From a virus, in IMG/VR virus record IMGVR_UViG_3300032456_000002, positions 5,726 through 69,725 of that record: 64,000 nucleotides of DNA; one strand, written 5' to 3'. The notes beneath the pieces were generated by a model. The model saw nothing but the letters and a program-made list of their open reading frames with translations, was not told the DNA's origin and searched no databases. Shown here piece by piece: positions 20,919 through 31,491 of the stretch. Every line of letters starts with the position of its first letter. The stretch's first letter is position 1. A program made the position numbers and the translations under genes.

Positions 20919-21695
20919 TTATAAAATCCTCGAAACACAAGAAACAGATCCACGATATCCAGCAACAGCACTTAAGGTTAACACCACAGCTTTATTAAGA
21001 CCGCACAAAATTGGAGCAATGAATGGGGCTGCACCGTTGCTAGTTACATACGAATGATGCAACACTGTTGCGCCTGCATCTGTGGTAATTGTGAACGAGC
21101 CATTGATAGCTGTGGCAGCGCTGGCATCATAGGAGAATGACACACCACTGAGGACAGTTTGAAGGCTTGCCCCTGGTGATGCGATCGTGATTGTAGCTGC
21201 CGTGTTTACAGGAGCGGGTACGTTCGTGGCTGCTATTCCGTTCATTTCTAGCCTGTTTTGTAGTGCTGTGTCATTAGAGAAGAAAACCGACCATCGACTA
21301 ACGCCATCGCTGACACAATACACAGCACCGTTGGGGAACGTGATTGCATCCAGGGAAGTAACCCCATTAATTAAATCAGAACCCGATCGCGCCAAAATGA
21401 TTTTATTGGTGGGACTAGACGTTCCAGACTCACCGACAATATCAATCCTAAAGCCTGATGTTTTAGAATTCGCTAGTGGTAACGTAACCGTCCTAGGAGC
21501 GGTTAAAGTGCCAGTCTGAGCTAGTTGAGTGGTAGTGGCGCCTACCGTTACATTAACATTGCTGAATGTCTGCCGTGAAAGTATGTCAACATCCAGGGCG
21601 ATCGCGCCGCTTTTGTCGGGCAGTGTAATAATTCTGTCGCCAGTGAACACCCCAGATCTAAGTTGTGTTGCAAAGCTATTGAATCTAAATCTCAT
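20919..21695 (-). CDS. tail fibre module protein
   Basis: TVTLP.A..DLING..SDG..W fibre repeat; N-terminus shared with 22556..22960. Confidence 0.65.
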   Translation of the reverse strand: MRFRFNSFATQLRSGVFTGDRIITLPDKSGAIALDVDILSRQTFSNVNVTVGATTTQLAQTGTLTAPRTVTLPLANSKTSGFRIDIVGESGTSSPTNKIILARSGSDLINGVTSLDAITFPNGAVYCVSDGVSRWSVFFSNDTALQNRLEMNGIAATNVPAPVNTAATITIASPGASLQTVLSGVSFSYDASAATAINGSFTITTDAGATVLHHSYVTSNGAAPFIAPILCGLNKAVVLTLSAVAGYRGSVSCVSRIL

Positions 21696-21709
21696 TAATA
21701 AGCTCCTTG

Positions 21710-22555
21710 CTAGACTTGCCGACCGAGGGCTGTTTGTAGTGTTTGCACTCTGGCATAGTGCAAAGCTTCTTCTGACGCTGTTAGGCTAGAACCGACATAA
21801 ATGTAAGAAGTCACAGACCGAGAGTAAAAGGAAAAATCAGAGACGAAACACCCAATGAGGTTGATGGTGCTATTAGGTACGCCCTGATCTGATGCACCTG
21901 AGTGGCTAATTACTAAAGCCCCATTGCGGTAGAGAGCCTGTCCACTAGCGGATCTAGCCCCTGTGATGAAGCCCGTGTTGCCACTCAGGGTTGCACCAAT
22001 TCTGCCCGCATCGGTAATAAACGTAAAAGCGTCAAACTCGGTAACGCCGTTTTCCCACGGAGCATGAAACTGGAGACGATTAAACACATCCGTGCCATTG
22101 ATTGTGTTTACAACAGCATCCCTAGCAACCCTATGGACTCTCCGATAAATAGAACAATGACAGCTAGTTGCAGTAAAAATACTCTGGGCATTGATGTTGG
22201 TAGTAATCCGTTTTGGATCGTTATTTGCGCTGCCCGGATCGATGCCTGCTGCTAATGAGTAATCAGCAGCAGTTAATAATGTAGCTGTGAAGGTTGCTCC
22301 ATTGGGGGCGATGAGCGGAACTAAAGCCCCGTCCCAATTATTAGAAGCAAACGGCATGATCAAGCCGCTACTCATCTTTGAGAAGATGCCATCAGATTTT
22401 ATGCCTTTTACATAAGCATCGATCGCGTTTCGAGTTGCTGTTGCTACAGATCCGCCCGCCGTAACGGTGCGCGATACCCAATCAGTTACGATCGCATCTT
22501 CACCTGATGCGATCGTAACTGTTGATAACCAAGCTAACGAGCCGCCTATGCCCAT
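21710..22555 (-). CDS. putative receptor-binding tail protein (LamG-like)
   Basis: beta-rich; ends VQTLQTALGRQV. Confidence 0.55.
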   Translation of the reverse strand: MGIGGSLAWLSTVTIASGEDAIVTDWVSRTVTAGGSVATATRNAIDAYVKGIKSDGIFSKMSSGLIMPFASNNWDGALVPLIAPNGATFTATLLTAADYSLAAGIDPGSANNDPKRITTNINAQSIFTATSCHCSIYRRVHRVARDAVVNTINGTDVFNRLQFHAPWENGVTEFDAFTFITDAGRIGATLSGNTGFITGARSASGQALYRNGALVISHSGASDQGVPNSTINLIGCFVSDFSFYSRSVTSYIYVGSSLTASEEALHYARVQTLQTALGRQV

Positions 22556-22960
22556 TTAGACTCCTCCGTACCAACGAATTGCAGAACTATTGCGAAATTT
22601 CAAGTACCCACCGCGCCCCGCTGCTACCACAACCGAAGTAGCAGCTCCATTTATGGTGACTCCAGCGCCAGCCGCGATCGTCACTGTGCCCGTAGAATCT
22701 GACGCTACTTCCACCTCGTCGTCAAGAGTAAAAGTAGCAGCTTGAATAGTCAGAGTGAGGTTAGAGCCTGATGTTGAGTAAAGCTGTCTTAGGTTGTCTG
22801 TGGCTACCAGGTTTCGAGAGGTTGTAATCAATAAAGATTCTCGTTTTAACTGAGAAGCCACAGCTAAAGAACCGCTAATGTCAGGCAGTGTAATTGTCCT
22901 GTTGCCTGTTAAAGCGCCAGATCTAAATTGTGTTACGAATTCATTAAATCTAAATCGCAC
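22556..22960 (-). CDS. short tail fibre module protein
   Basis: GTVTIAAGAGVTING motif; MRFRFN N-terminus. Confidence 0.6.
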   Translation of the reverse strand: MRFRFNEFVTQFRSGALTGNRTITLPDISGSLAVASQLKRESLLITTSRNLVATDNLRQLYSTSGSNLTLTIQAATFTLDDEVEVASDSTGTVTIAAGAGVTINGAATSVVVAAGRGGYLKFRNSSAIRWYGGV

Positions 22961-22977
22961 TTTATGACCTCTACAGC

Positions 22978-24360
22978 CTAGCCCGTCACAACGCAGTTAA
23001 AAGTAGATGGGATATTCCCAAAGCTTGTTAGATCAACAGTAAGCGCTGAGCTTGTAGTTAGAGTGATGTCGTCGGGGTGGATCATCTTGTTTACTTCGTC
23101 GTAGACCTGAACATTCACAATCAGAGATCCGAGGTTATGAGTGACGGTCAGAATCCCTGCGGTCAGACTCGCATTGGTGAAACTTTGCCTAAAGACCCCA
23201 GCGGCAACTAAAGCGGCTCTAGCTGCTGCTGGGGTTGCCGAACCTGTTCCACCATTGGAAACCGGAATAGGAGTGCCGTTCCAAACTCCAGTTCCGATCG
23301 TGCCTACTGTGGTAATGGTTGCCTGACCTACGTAGCTCGGAGAAATATCAATACTGTCGGCTGCAACTGCGATCCGGTTTGTTGTGCCAATGACATCAAT
23401 GGAGTTGCCAGTTTTTGTCAGACCTGTCCCAGCTAAAACCTGCCCAGCGCCACTGGTCTGCGTGAAGACTAAAGCAGTAGTCCCCAAGGTGATTGGATCG
23501 TTAGTCGTCAGCGTAAATCCGTTGTCTGAGTTGGCAGTACCCTCTGTGACAAAGACGAACATTCCCGATCGCACTTCAGCCGATGTATCAGCATTAGTTG
23601 CGCGGGTCATTGCAACCGCAGCCCCGTTCCAAACATACAAGCCGTTCTGAGATCCGGTTGTTTGATCTTTGAGTAAAACTAATTCGCCAGCGGATAGGGT
23701 TACGCCATCGATCACCCCACCTGGAGAAGCGATCGTGACGTTAGCTGTTGATGCAACTCGCGCCGTCCCTTTATTACCATCTCCAGCGGCGATCGCATCA
23801 ACGTATTGCTTCGTCGCTGCATCCTGCGAACCAGTGGGATCTAATAGCCCAATGATGCGCTGGGAGTTGAGACTCAGCGTTGCAGTCGGAGCCGCCATTT
23901 GATCAAGACGACTAACCCTGACCTGCGTATCAAAATCAGATATCCTTGCAGCCAATAGGGTGGGAATATCAAGCGCAGCTAATGCCCGGTAAGATGGTGC
24001 GCCATTGGCACCATTAGGAGCGCCCAGAAAAGTGTTGGCAGTTTGCGAGGTTCGAGCTAAGGTGATCGTTCCCGACGTGGTGATTGGACTTCCTGCCACG
24101 GACAAATCGGCAGGAGTAGCGATCGCCACACTGGTGACACTGCCGCCGCCCGACGCTGGGGTTCTGCCTAGTTGCCCAGTGTTGCTAATGGTCACGATCT
24201 CCGTACCACTGGCGGGTAGAGACGCGGGCATGGTCAGAATGACGTTACCCGATAGGGTTGCTGGCGATCGCAGTTCTACATAATTGGCGGCACCAGCATC
24301 AGGGCGTAATCGAATGCCCCGTAGCGCTGCTGCCATTACCTCAATTAATCCAAACTTCAT
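22978..24360 (-). CDS. tail fibre protein
   Basis: DAATKQYVD, VLLKDQT..QNGLY, FVTEGT, GTGLTKTGN, GTW.GT.I.V.NGGTG, THNLG. Confidence 0.8.
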   Translation of the reverse strand: MKFGLIEVMAAALRGIRLRPDAGAANYVELRSPATLSGNVILTMPASLPASGTEIVTISNTGQLGRTPASGGGSVTSVAIATPADLSVAGSPITTSGTITLARTSQTANTFLGAPNGANGAPSYRALAALDIPTLLAARISDFDTQVRVSRLDQMAAPTATLSLNSQRIIGLLDPTGSQDAATKQYVDAIAAGDGNKGTARVASTANVTIASPGGVIDGVTLSAGELVLLKDQTTGSQNGLYVWNGAAVAMTRATNADTSAEVRSGMFVFVTEGTANSDNGFTLTTNDPITLGTTALVFTQTSGAGQVLAGTGLTKTGNSIDVIGTTNRIAVAADSIDISPSYVGQATITTVGTIGTGVWNGTPIPVSNGGTGSATPAAARAALVAAGVFRQSFTNASLTAGILTVTHNLGSLIVNVQVYDEVNKMIHPDDITLTTSSALTVDLTSFGNIPSTFNCVVTG

Positions 24361-24388
24361 AGCTCACTCCTCAGATAATAAACTTTGC

Positions 24389-25153
24389 TTATGCCGTGAT
24401 AGAGAGAATCCATGTCCCAGTTATCGGGGCGTAACTCTCTAGTCCTATTTCCAAAGAGTTCAAGGTCAAGGCTCTCCAATGGTCGGGCGTGATTTGGTTC
24501 CCAGTCTCGTCATAGATGGCGATCGCGCTCGGATAAACTCCTAGTCCGTGATTAGGGACTGGCAAAATACTGGCAACCGTCAAACTGGCTTGCGTGAAAC
24601 TAATGTCAGGAGTAGCCCCAGATCCACCGCCTCCACCCCCTAATCCAGGGGCAAGCTTAGCCAGTGTGACCGCGCCATCCAGGATCAACGCAGTGCTAAT
24701 GCCTGCCAGTGGAATATGAGCGCCCAGCCCATAGTTGTCAGCATGGTTAGCTATCCTTACGTCCACCTCGGTCAAGAGATCGCCATAGTCAGGCGTTCCA
24801 ACAGGCTCTCCGAATTCGCCCGAAATTCCCTCAACGATATAAAACTCGTTAGCCTCTAGTGCCGTAACTTCCGCACCATCGGTAACAGTGCCACTCCACA
24901 GAAACCGCCCCACCCTATTCGCCGTTTGAGCGGATGTGAGTCTTAGCCTGATTTGCCCTGGTGTGGGTAAAATATCGGCTGTAAAGGAAGCTACAAAATA
25001 ATCAAGGCGCGTTCTAACGACAAAGCTAGCTACTGCTGACAACGAAAATAGGTAAGGACTCCCATTGCGATTTAGTAAGGTAAAAATGCGATCGAATGTT
25101 GATCCTTCAGTATGTTCAACTCTGGGTAATTGATTGGTATCGCAGGTCTGCAT
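24389..25153 (-). CDS. virion structural / fibre attachment protein
   Basis: N-terminal BppU-like beta domain; C-terminal NHGLG..P domain resembling the C-terminus of the adjacent fibre. Confidence 0.5.
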   Translation of the reverse strand: MQTCDTNQLPRVEHTEGSTFDRIFTLLNRNGSPYLFSLSAVASFVVRTRLDYFVASFTADILPTPGQIRLRLTSAQTANRVGRFLWSGTVTDGAEVTALEANEFYIVEGISGEFGEPVGTPDYGDLLTEVDVRIANHADNYGLGAHIPLAGISTALILDGAVTLAKLAPGLGGGGGGSGATPDISFTQASLTVASILPVPNHGLGVYPSAIAIYDETGNQITPDHWRALTLNSLEIGLESYAPITGTWILSITA

Positions 25154-25161
25154 TAATCCCC

Positions 25162-25596
25162 CTAAACAATCATCAAACTGATCAAAGCCCGACCCTTAAT
25201 CCCTTCATCCTCACAGCCATCGCCACCATAGCTAGGAGGGATTAAGAACTCAATCTGCCCAGACTCAATCAACTTATCAATCTCTGCCCACGCTTGCTCC
25301 CCAGCCTTTTGTACTCCCTCACGATAGCCATAGCCCTCATCTAGATAATCCCTAGCAATATCGCAGCACCATTCCTCAAAAGCAGGATGATAGCTACTCA
25401 GTTGAGCGGGGATTGAGGGAGGGACGATCGCCACTCTGCCGCAAATGCGATTGGTGGCTTTCACCAAATTGGCTTGTAATTTATCAGGACGCACTGTCAT
25501 CCTGCCCGGATCGTCAAGGTCGCTAAGTTGAACGACCTCCATATCTGGGTAACGACTATAGAACAATTCCCGATCGGCAAAAGGGACTGTAGGCAT
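25162..25596 (-). CDS. head-tail adaptor (Mu gp36/DUF1320-like)
   Basis: QLSD, A...I, WCCDIAR..L; position after capsid. Confidence 0.65.
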   Translation of the reverse strand: MPTVPFADRELFYSRYPDMEVVQLSDLDDPGRMTVRPDKLQANLVKATNRICGRVAIVPPSIPAQLSSYHPAFEEWCCDIARDYLDEGYGYREGVQKAGEQAWAEIDKLIESGQIEFLIPPSYGGDGCEDEGIKGRALISLMIV

Positions 25597-25826
25597 TAGC
25601 TTGAAGGCGAAACGACAGGAGCTTTGGTGGTGACTGCCTTGGCTTTTTTGGCATGCTCTTGAGGAATCAAAACGCGCTCCTCAACTAGATTCTCAATGGT
25701 GGGATGATCTGCAATTTCATCCCAATCGTCGTCAGACATCTCCCCAGCGCCAGGGGTCAATGTCACTCGCACAGTGGGGGATGCGAGAATGGTTAGATTA
25801 TTTCGTAGATTACTTGTGTAAAGCAT
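25596..25826 (-). CDS. small virion-associated protein
   Basis: L.PG..E....W....HP pattern typical downstream of a major capsid gene. Confidence 0.5.
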   Translation of the reverse strand: MLYTSNLRNNLTILASPTVRVTLTPGAGEMSDDDWDEIADHPTIENLVEERVLIPQEHAKKAKAVTTKAPVVSPSS

Positions 25827-25883
25827 GATGATTAATTCCTCAAGATATACAGAAGGGCGCGGCGTGCTTGTATAAAACACACC

Positions 25884-26912
25884 TTAGACCTTCCGTAGAA
25901 TGTACAAACGAGCGCGGAATGGTTGGGTGAAGATTACTTCAGATGTGGCGGTGATGCCGATCTGGCGATAGGTCATGCCGTCATCTAGCATGAATGGTGC
26001 CATCGTTTCAATGTCAGCAAAGTTGCGTTTGATAGAAGATGCTGCGGAGTTCTCGGAGAACAGCATCAAGTCGAATGCGCTTGCCCCACCAGCCGTGCCG
26101 GGAAGTGTGACACCGCTGATAGTAGTGAGATTCCCGACATCGGGATTCCGCACGTCAGCCCCATCAAACTCGTTCACTTCAATGACATCTGAGACGATTG
26201 GGGAATTACCTTCTGCCAATAGGGAGTAAGGCGTACCATCACCGCCCACATCTGTAAAACGAGCATTCAGGCTTGTTCGCACATCAACCGAGGTCAAGAC
26301 TCCAATCATGCCGCTGGTGAGTCTGGAAACTTTCTTGAAAGAGCTAGTCTCAGTCAAGAACCAGTTATAGCGATCGCCTGCTGTCGGTGTACCCGTTCCA
26401 GTGAATGGGTTCGCAGCGGCGGCAACATCAATCACTTCCACGAAAGGATTAGTAATTAGTCCAGTGAAGGCAACAGTACCATCGCCAAAAATGGTGCGAT
26501 AGTGCATCCATTCTCTTAGACCTCGTTCCATCGCTTCACGGTAAGAGGCGACAATATTGACGGCAGGTTGATAGGGATTCGCGACCGCCGCTTCTTCAGT
26601 TCGCAATTCTTCCCAAGTCCAATCTGCTGCAAGAATCCCTTTTAGATTCTTGTACCGATCCATCGTGATACCGAAGTTCGCCAGCGGCAACGTGGTAGCC
26701 TTGCCGCCATAATTGACAGCCTTACCTGTAAAATCACGCCGCGCTGTCGTCAACCCTTGGGAGCCAAAGGCTAGACCTGCCTTGGCTTCGTGGTATTTTC
26801 CTTCGTATGCCCAATATTCGGGATAGATAGTATCGATTAGTTCGGGTTCATATTGGGTCAAAGATTCACTGAGGAACTTTTGAGCCAAGACCATTTCTTG
26901 TGCAATGGGCAT
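25884..26912 (-). CDS. major capsid protein (DUF2184/encapsulin-like)
   Basis: YPEY..,G.A,..W...EL, FGD....GL..NP; position after protease and decoration genes. Confidence 0.8.
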   Translation of the reverse strand: MPIAQEMVLAQKFLSESLTQYEPELIDTIYPEYWAYEGKYHEAKAGLAFGSQGLTTARRDFTGKAVNYGGKATTLPLANFGITMDRYKNLKGILAADWTWEELRTEEAAVANPYQPAVNIVASYREAMERGLREWMHYRTIFGDGTVAFTGLITNPFVEVIDVAAAANPFTGTGTPTAGDRYNWFLTETSSFKKVSRLTSGMIGVLTSVDVRTSLNARFTDVGGDGTPYSLLAEGNSPIVSDVIEVNEFDGADVRNPDVGNLTTISGVTLPGTAGGASAFDLMLFSENSAASSIKRNFADIETMAPFMLDDGMTYRQIGITATSEVIFTQPFRARLYILRKV

Positions 26913-26976
26913 TTGTTTTTATCTCCAGAGTTACAGGTTAATTACAGACTCGTTCGCAGACTCGCTTAGAGGCTGA

Positions 26977-27507
26977 TTAGAGACTTACGGAAGTCATGAT
27001 GCGAACTGCAATCAAGCCTGCACCCGCTTTTGTTTCGGCAAATCTGATAGTTGTGGCGGTGGCTGTGTTGACACCATCGGCAGCATTCCGAACGCGACCG
27101 ACTTTGTTATTGGGAGCCGTGCCAGCCGTGATCCGATAATGAACCGCGCCATTAAGCTGACCACCATTCTCTGACCACATCACCATGTCGCCCTCTGTGA
27201 TGTATTCCACCATCGAGCCTGTGGGATATCCCAAGTCAGGGGCAACAGCGGCAAACGCATCAGTCATCGTCATGCCATAGCGATCAACCATGATGGGGAC
27301 AATCAAAATTGAACCCGCAGCAGGGGCACCGCTTAAAGCTGTGACTACATTGGTGAGAGGATTTAGAACGGCAACCCGACCATAGGCAATAAAGCCACTA
27401 GCGATCGCCTCTTCCACCGCGCCATCTACCGACCGAGCGCGGGTAGTGGCGTACTGCCCTTCGCCCAACCACTGGGGCTGACGGTTACTTACTGTTGTTT
27501 GTGGCAT
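26977..27507 (-). CDS. head decoration / cement protein
   Basis: IAYGR.., G.MV....EG.MV pattern; synteny. Confidence 0.65.
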   Translation of the reverse strand: MPQTTVSNRQPQWLGEGQYATTRARSVDGAVEEAIASGFIAYGRVAVLNPLTNVVTALSGAPAAGSILIVPIMVDRYGMTMTDAFAAVAPDLGYPTGSMVEYITEGDMVMWSENGGQLNGAVHYRITAGTAPNNKVGRVRNAADGVNTATATTIRFAETKAGAGLIAVRIMTSVSL

Positions 27508-27522
27508 TATTTTGTTCCTTTA

Positions 27523-28851
27523 TTACTTCTTGTTAGCAGTAGCGATTCTGTCAGCCCGTCTTTTACGAGCTTCCTCTAAATCCTTCTCTGCCTGCATTTC
27601 GCCCTTGCCATAAGAACTCTTGGCAAAAGGATTCTTGGTCGCAGCATCAAGCCGACTACTGCGGATCGTTTCTAGCAACGAATCGGCATTAGCTCGGGTG
27701 ACAGACTTAGTAGAAAATTGCTTGGCATTCAGCCCCGCATACAAACCCTTAACAAAGCCAGAATTCTCAGAGTCAGCTAGATCCAAGCCATCAAGGTGAT
27801 CCTTCAATTCAGGATTAGCGACCTTGACCGCCTCCGCCATGATCTCTAGTGGCGACAAAGTGTAATCAGGTTCAAAATCAGGCGAATCACTGCGGATGAA
27901 TGGTAGGACTTCAGACCAAAGTTTCATGCGATCGCCAATCAAGGAGGAAATCGCCTCGCCATCCATTGCTTCAGACTTAGTAGTTTCGGCAGTGGCGATC
28001 GCTTCATCAAGGGCTGTCTTTTGGGTAACAACCGTGGCTTTGATTGTTCCAAGTTCGCTCTTAGCTTCATCTAGTGCCACTGTTTTAGAGTCAAGCTTCT
28101 CAGTTAGGGATGCAGAGTCAGAGCGCAATTTGCCTAGCTCCTTTTCGATTCCCTTGACGTGCTTGGCTTCATCCATTGTGGGGAACTCAAGTTCAATCCC
28201 ATCTAGTGTTGCCTTGAATGGCATAATTATCTCCTTTGTTATTTCTGTAACTTTTTGCGCGGGTGTTGATTTTATGGCATCCGCTATCTCGCTTTCGCTC
28301 AACTCAGCGCCAATTGAATCTAGAGAAAATAAGGTTCCATCCTCCAGCCCGTCAAGCTTGAACTCAGCACCTTCCGCCCTCGCTTTTCTAACAGGGGATA
28401 AATGATTGTGATAGCGAGAGATTTGGTCAAAACCCTGACCATCTGCACGAGCCATCGTCTCAACCCCATACCCCAAAGACAACTCATAGGTTTCCCCAGC
28501 CTCAATTGAATCAATAGTTTTCCCGTCAAAGACAGCCCCATTAATCCAAAGCCAATCCGAATTCATCCAAGTCGTATTGCCCGTACTACCAGCAATGTGA
28601 GGTTGAACAGAATCCCGATCTAGAAGCGTTGCAGGATGACCCGGTGTCGTCACGGGTTTGATTTTTAATGATTTGGCGCTATCTTTCAATACTTTTTCGG
28701 AAACATACTCACGGCGAATAGTTCCGTCTGCATTGGCATAGCGCAGCCAACCAACTTTACCCACAGGGGCTGTGAACTGAAGAAAGCCTTCCGGTGTCTT
28801 CTCCCAATGCTTAATAGTGGCGCGATCGCATCTAAAATCTTGCATTGACAC
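27523..28851 (-). CDS. prohead protease / scaffold (DUF2213)
   Basis: TPEGFL, G.L.Y, P.T..HP, ELSLGY, NHL..V..ARA; coiled-coil C-terminus. Confidence 0.9.
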   Translation of the reverse strand: MSMQDFRCDRATIKHWEKTPEGFLQFTAPVGKVGWLRYANADGTIRREYVSEKVLKDSAKSLKIKPVTTPGHPATLLDRDSVQPHIAGSTGNTTWMNSDWLWINGAVFDGKTIDSIEAGETYELSLGYGVETMARADGQGFDQISRYHNHLSPVRKARAEGAEFKLDGLEDGTLFSLDSIGAELSESEIADAIKSTPAQKVTEITKEIIMPFKATLDGIELEFPTMDEAKHVKGIEKELGKLRSDSASLTEKLDSKTVALDEAKSELGTIKATVVTQKTALDEAIATAETTKSEAMDGEAISSLIGDRMKLWSEVLPFIRSDSPDFEPDYTLSPLEIMAEAVKVANPELKDHLDGLDLADSENSGFVKGLYAGLNAKQFSTKSVTRANADSLLETIRSSRLDAATKNPFAKSSYGKGEMQAEKDLEEARKRRADRIATANKK

Positions 28852-28919
28852 AATCTAGCTAAACTACAATTGAATGCAGCACTTATGCCCCTATTAATCC
28901 CACCCTCAAAGCACATGCC

Positions 28920-29141
28920 ATGCAGCAACGTCCCCTTCACCCACTCCTTAAAAAAACATTTGGGCAAAAACTTACAGCATTAAGGAACGCACGAAACTAC
29001 ACCCAACAGCAAGTAGGCGATCGGATTCATGTCTCCAGGTCGCTAATCAGCAAATGGGAAATAGACGAACAATCACCAAACGTTCGCTATGTGCAGGCGT
29101 TGGCAAAGTTGTTTGATGTGTCTTTGAGCTATTGGGATTAG
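28920..29141 (+). CDS. XRE-family HTH regulator
   Basis: LRNARNYTQQQVGDRIHVSRSLISKWE. Confidence 0.85.
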   Translation: MQQRPLHPLLKKTFGQKLTALRNARNYTQQQVGDRIHVSRSLISKWEIDEQSPNVRYVQALAKLFDVSLSYWD

Positions 29142-29211
29142 TTCTGTGTCTGCACAAACAAAAAACCGCTGGGGTGGGATGCCCTAGCGGTTTTTGTTTT
29201 ATGGATTGGGG

Positions 29212-30018
29212 TTAAGCTGCGGTTTCGTAATCAAAATCAAAATCCATTTGATCGAAACCTTCGTATCGGTTGATAGAGTCCTCCCATTCAGTTAGCGATC
29301 GCGCTTGCTTCATCAAGACAAACATCGCCTGCACATTTTTCTGCATCCGCTCTTTTGCTTCAGCCGATAGAAACTGATGCAGCTTATATTTCCTTCTGCC
29401 ATTGGGTTGAACTGGATTGTCGATATCCATTTGAACTCTCTCAGATGGCTTGACCCAGCGATAAAAGAATTTCCAGTAGAGTTTTCCATTGCGAATATCA
29501 AGCTTGTGCAGTCCTGACAGACGCTCTAGATGAAACTCCAATTCCTTATCAAACATTTCAGACCACGGCTCAGGAATAGACAGGAACCGATAATCACGCT
29601 CCTGCCTAGCTTCCTTGCTTCTGCTTTCGCCCCAAGCCTGATCACAGCGATCGGCTAGGGAGTCTTGCATCAGTAGTTTGGTGTATTGCGCAGCGGTGGC
29701 ATTACCCCATACTGTTTCACAGAACCAAAGAATTGCAACATCTGACAACGAAAGGGTCAAGGCTGTTCTGTATTGCTTCCCATCATGGAATTTGACGGGG
29801 ACTGTAACCCAGGTAAAGCCGTTGTCTGTAAGGGTTTGAGCCTTGTCGGGAGTCCTGGACTTCATCGCAGATAACTGGCTTCGGTGTTTCCCAATCAGAT
29901 CCAACGCTTGCGACTGCGAGAACCGATACTCTTTCGACTCTTTCAATCTAATCGAGTCAAGATTCAGCCCGCCCAATGGCATCTTCGTACTCGTTCCAAG
30001 TAAAATATCTACAGCCAT
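29212..30018 (-). CDS. P63C-like domain antirepressor-family protein
   Basis: PW..MF; RRKYKLHQFL; paralogue of 45976..46779. Confidence 0.75.
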   Translation of the reverse strand: MAVDILLGTSTKMPLGGLNLDSIRLKESKEYRFSQSQALDLIGKHRSQLSAMKSRTPDKAQTLTDNGFTWVTVPVKFHDGKQYRTALTLSLSDVAILWFCETVWGNATAAQYTKLLMQDSLADRCDQAWGESRSKEARQERDYRFLSIPEPWSEMFDKELEFHLERLSGLHKLDIRNGKLYWKFFYRWVKPSERVQMDIDNPVQPNGRRKYKLHQFLSAEAKERMQKNVQAMFVLMKQARSLTEWEDSINRYEGFDQMDFDFDYETAA

Positions 30019-30131
30019 GAGTCTAAGTCCTGTTTAGGTTTGTGGTCAGCGATCGCTCTTCCTGGAAGAATTGTGATCGCGCCCCTAAATATTATCACGC
30101 TCTCACTAAAGCATTCAGTTTTTGCCTAAGC

Positions 30132-30326
30132 ATGGAAACACTCGCCCCCATCATTGCCACACTACTAAAAGATGACCTAATCACCACGACGGATCAGCTT
30201 GATCTTAAGTCTGCACTGATGCCCCTACAGCCCCCAATGGATTTACTGCTATGGGTGATGTGTCGCAATCGTCGGAAGATGTCGGGGCGATCGTTTGTTG
30301 TGGAGTTGTGTCAAAGGCTGGGCTAA
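30132..30326 (+). CDS. small hypothetical protein
   Basis: ATG 30132 downstream of the CTCACTAAA motif. Confidence 0.4.
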   Translation: METLAPIIATLLKDDLITTTDQLDLKSALMPLQPPMDLLLWVMCRNRRKMSGRSFVVELCQRLG

Positions 30327-30625
30327 TCAAAAGACATTCTCTCTGTCGGGTTTTGCCATGTTTCATCTTGGCGAAGGTCTTCAAGGATTCCAGGATCAAT
30401 GCGACTTGCCTTCACCCTGGTCTGAAGTTTGACTATCTCGCATTGTGCTCTAGACAGTCGATGCTCTAAATCTGCCAAGCGCCCCAACAGCGGACTAATG
30501 GGCTGCACACCCTCCTCTTCCCAGGCTGCACCAATCTTGTGTTCAATCTGCGTCAAGACATATTCTGCTGCTGCCAGTCTGACTTCTAATTCCCGGCATA
30601 TCTTTTGAATTTGGCTTGATTCCAT
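30323..30625 (-). CDS. hypothetical coiled-coil protein
   Basis: 100-aa ORF with GAGG RBS. Confidence 0.5.
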   Translation of the reverse strand: MESSQIQKICRELEVRLAAAEYVLTQIEHKIGAAWEEEGVQPISPLLGRLADLEHRLSRAQCEIVKLQTRVKASRIDPGILEDLRQDETWQNPTERMSFD

Positions 30626-30684
30626 AGAGCCTCGATTGTATATTTGCTACTCAAAATACCATTGGCAGATTAGGGCTTTCGAGC

Positions 30685-31491
30685 CTAACGTCTCATGAAT
30701 TTATATTTTTTAATCTTGCGATCGTAAATTTTCTCCTGTGTCTGGCTTTCGCTTACAGGATAGTTTTGAATACTGTTCATTGGGTTTATTCGGCAACCTA
30801 TTTTATTTGTTCCATTATGGCGCGCTTTTATCCTGAGAGATGCGAATCTAATGTATTTCTTGACCAATGACATCTCATGATGTTCATCAATATATTCTCC
30901 AATAGAACGCCTATAAATGATTGTGAATGCTGCCCTCATCATGCGATCCATTTTTTCGTCTTCAATATCGGCTCTATTGTTTTTATGATCGGTTGATATT
31001 AGATGAATGTATTTTGAAACGATGGCGAACGCTTCAGCAGGATAAGGATCTGCATTGGGTGGATACTTAGGCTTTGTTCCTAGCCTCTTTGTTAGCCCTC
31101 GCCTACGCGCGCAGCCACAAGAAATAATGCCCCTAGTCTTCTCAACATCGTACCTCTGTCTTTCAATCACGTTGCCGCAACTGCAAAGCAGTATCCAAAG
31201 CGTACCGTGATCAGCCTTTTTGAGCGATCGCTTAATTACTGTGAGTTGTCCAAACACTTCACCATTGCGATCGGGTAGTCGCTTTTTATAGGTGTTCCCG
31301 AACTTGGCGCAACCACAGGACGCAATTAATGACCTGACGAAACCAGAACGCGATCGCTCTATTTCTTTGCCACAATCACAAAGACATTTGTAAAGCTGCT
31401 TAGAGGTTTTGCCGTCAGGTAATCTGCCTGCTTTCGACAGCACGGTAAGCCTTCCAAACCTTTGTCCGATAGGGCATGGCTTAGCTTTCAT
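30685..31491 (-). CDS. homing-endonuclease-associated protein with two G.RFGRLTV..C.CG..SCGC repeats
   Basis: duplicated Cys module typical of phage HNH/AP2 proteins; AT-rich; no clear HNH motif. Confidence 0.65.
   Translation of the reverse strand: MKAKPCPIGQRFGRLTVLSKAGRLPDGKTSKQLYKCLCDCGKEIERSRSGFVRSLIASCGCAKFGNTYKKRLPDRNGEVFGQLTVIKRSLKKADHGTLWILLCSCGNVIERQRYDVEKTRGIISCGCARRRGLTKRLGTKPKYPPNADPYPAEAFAIVSKYIHLISTDHKNNRADIEDEKMDRMMRAAFTIIYRRSIGEYIDEHHEMSLVKKYIRFASLRIKARHNGTNKIGCRINPMNSIQNYPVSESQTQEKIYDRKIKKYKFMRR

Noticed and set aside
30685-31491. Active HNH homing endonuclease
   Set aside because: Only the Cys-rich accessory repeats are visible; no HNH catalytic motif recognised
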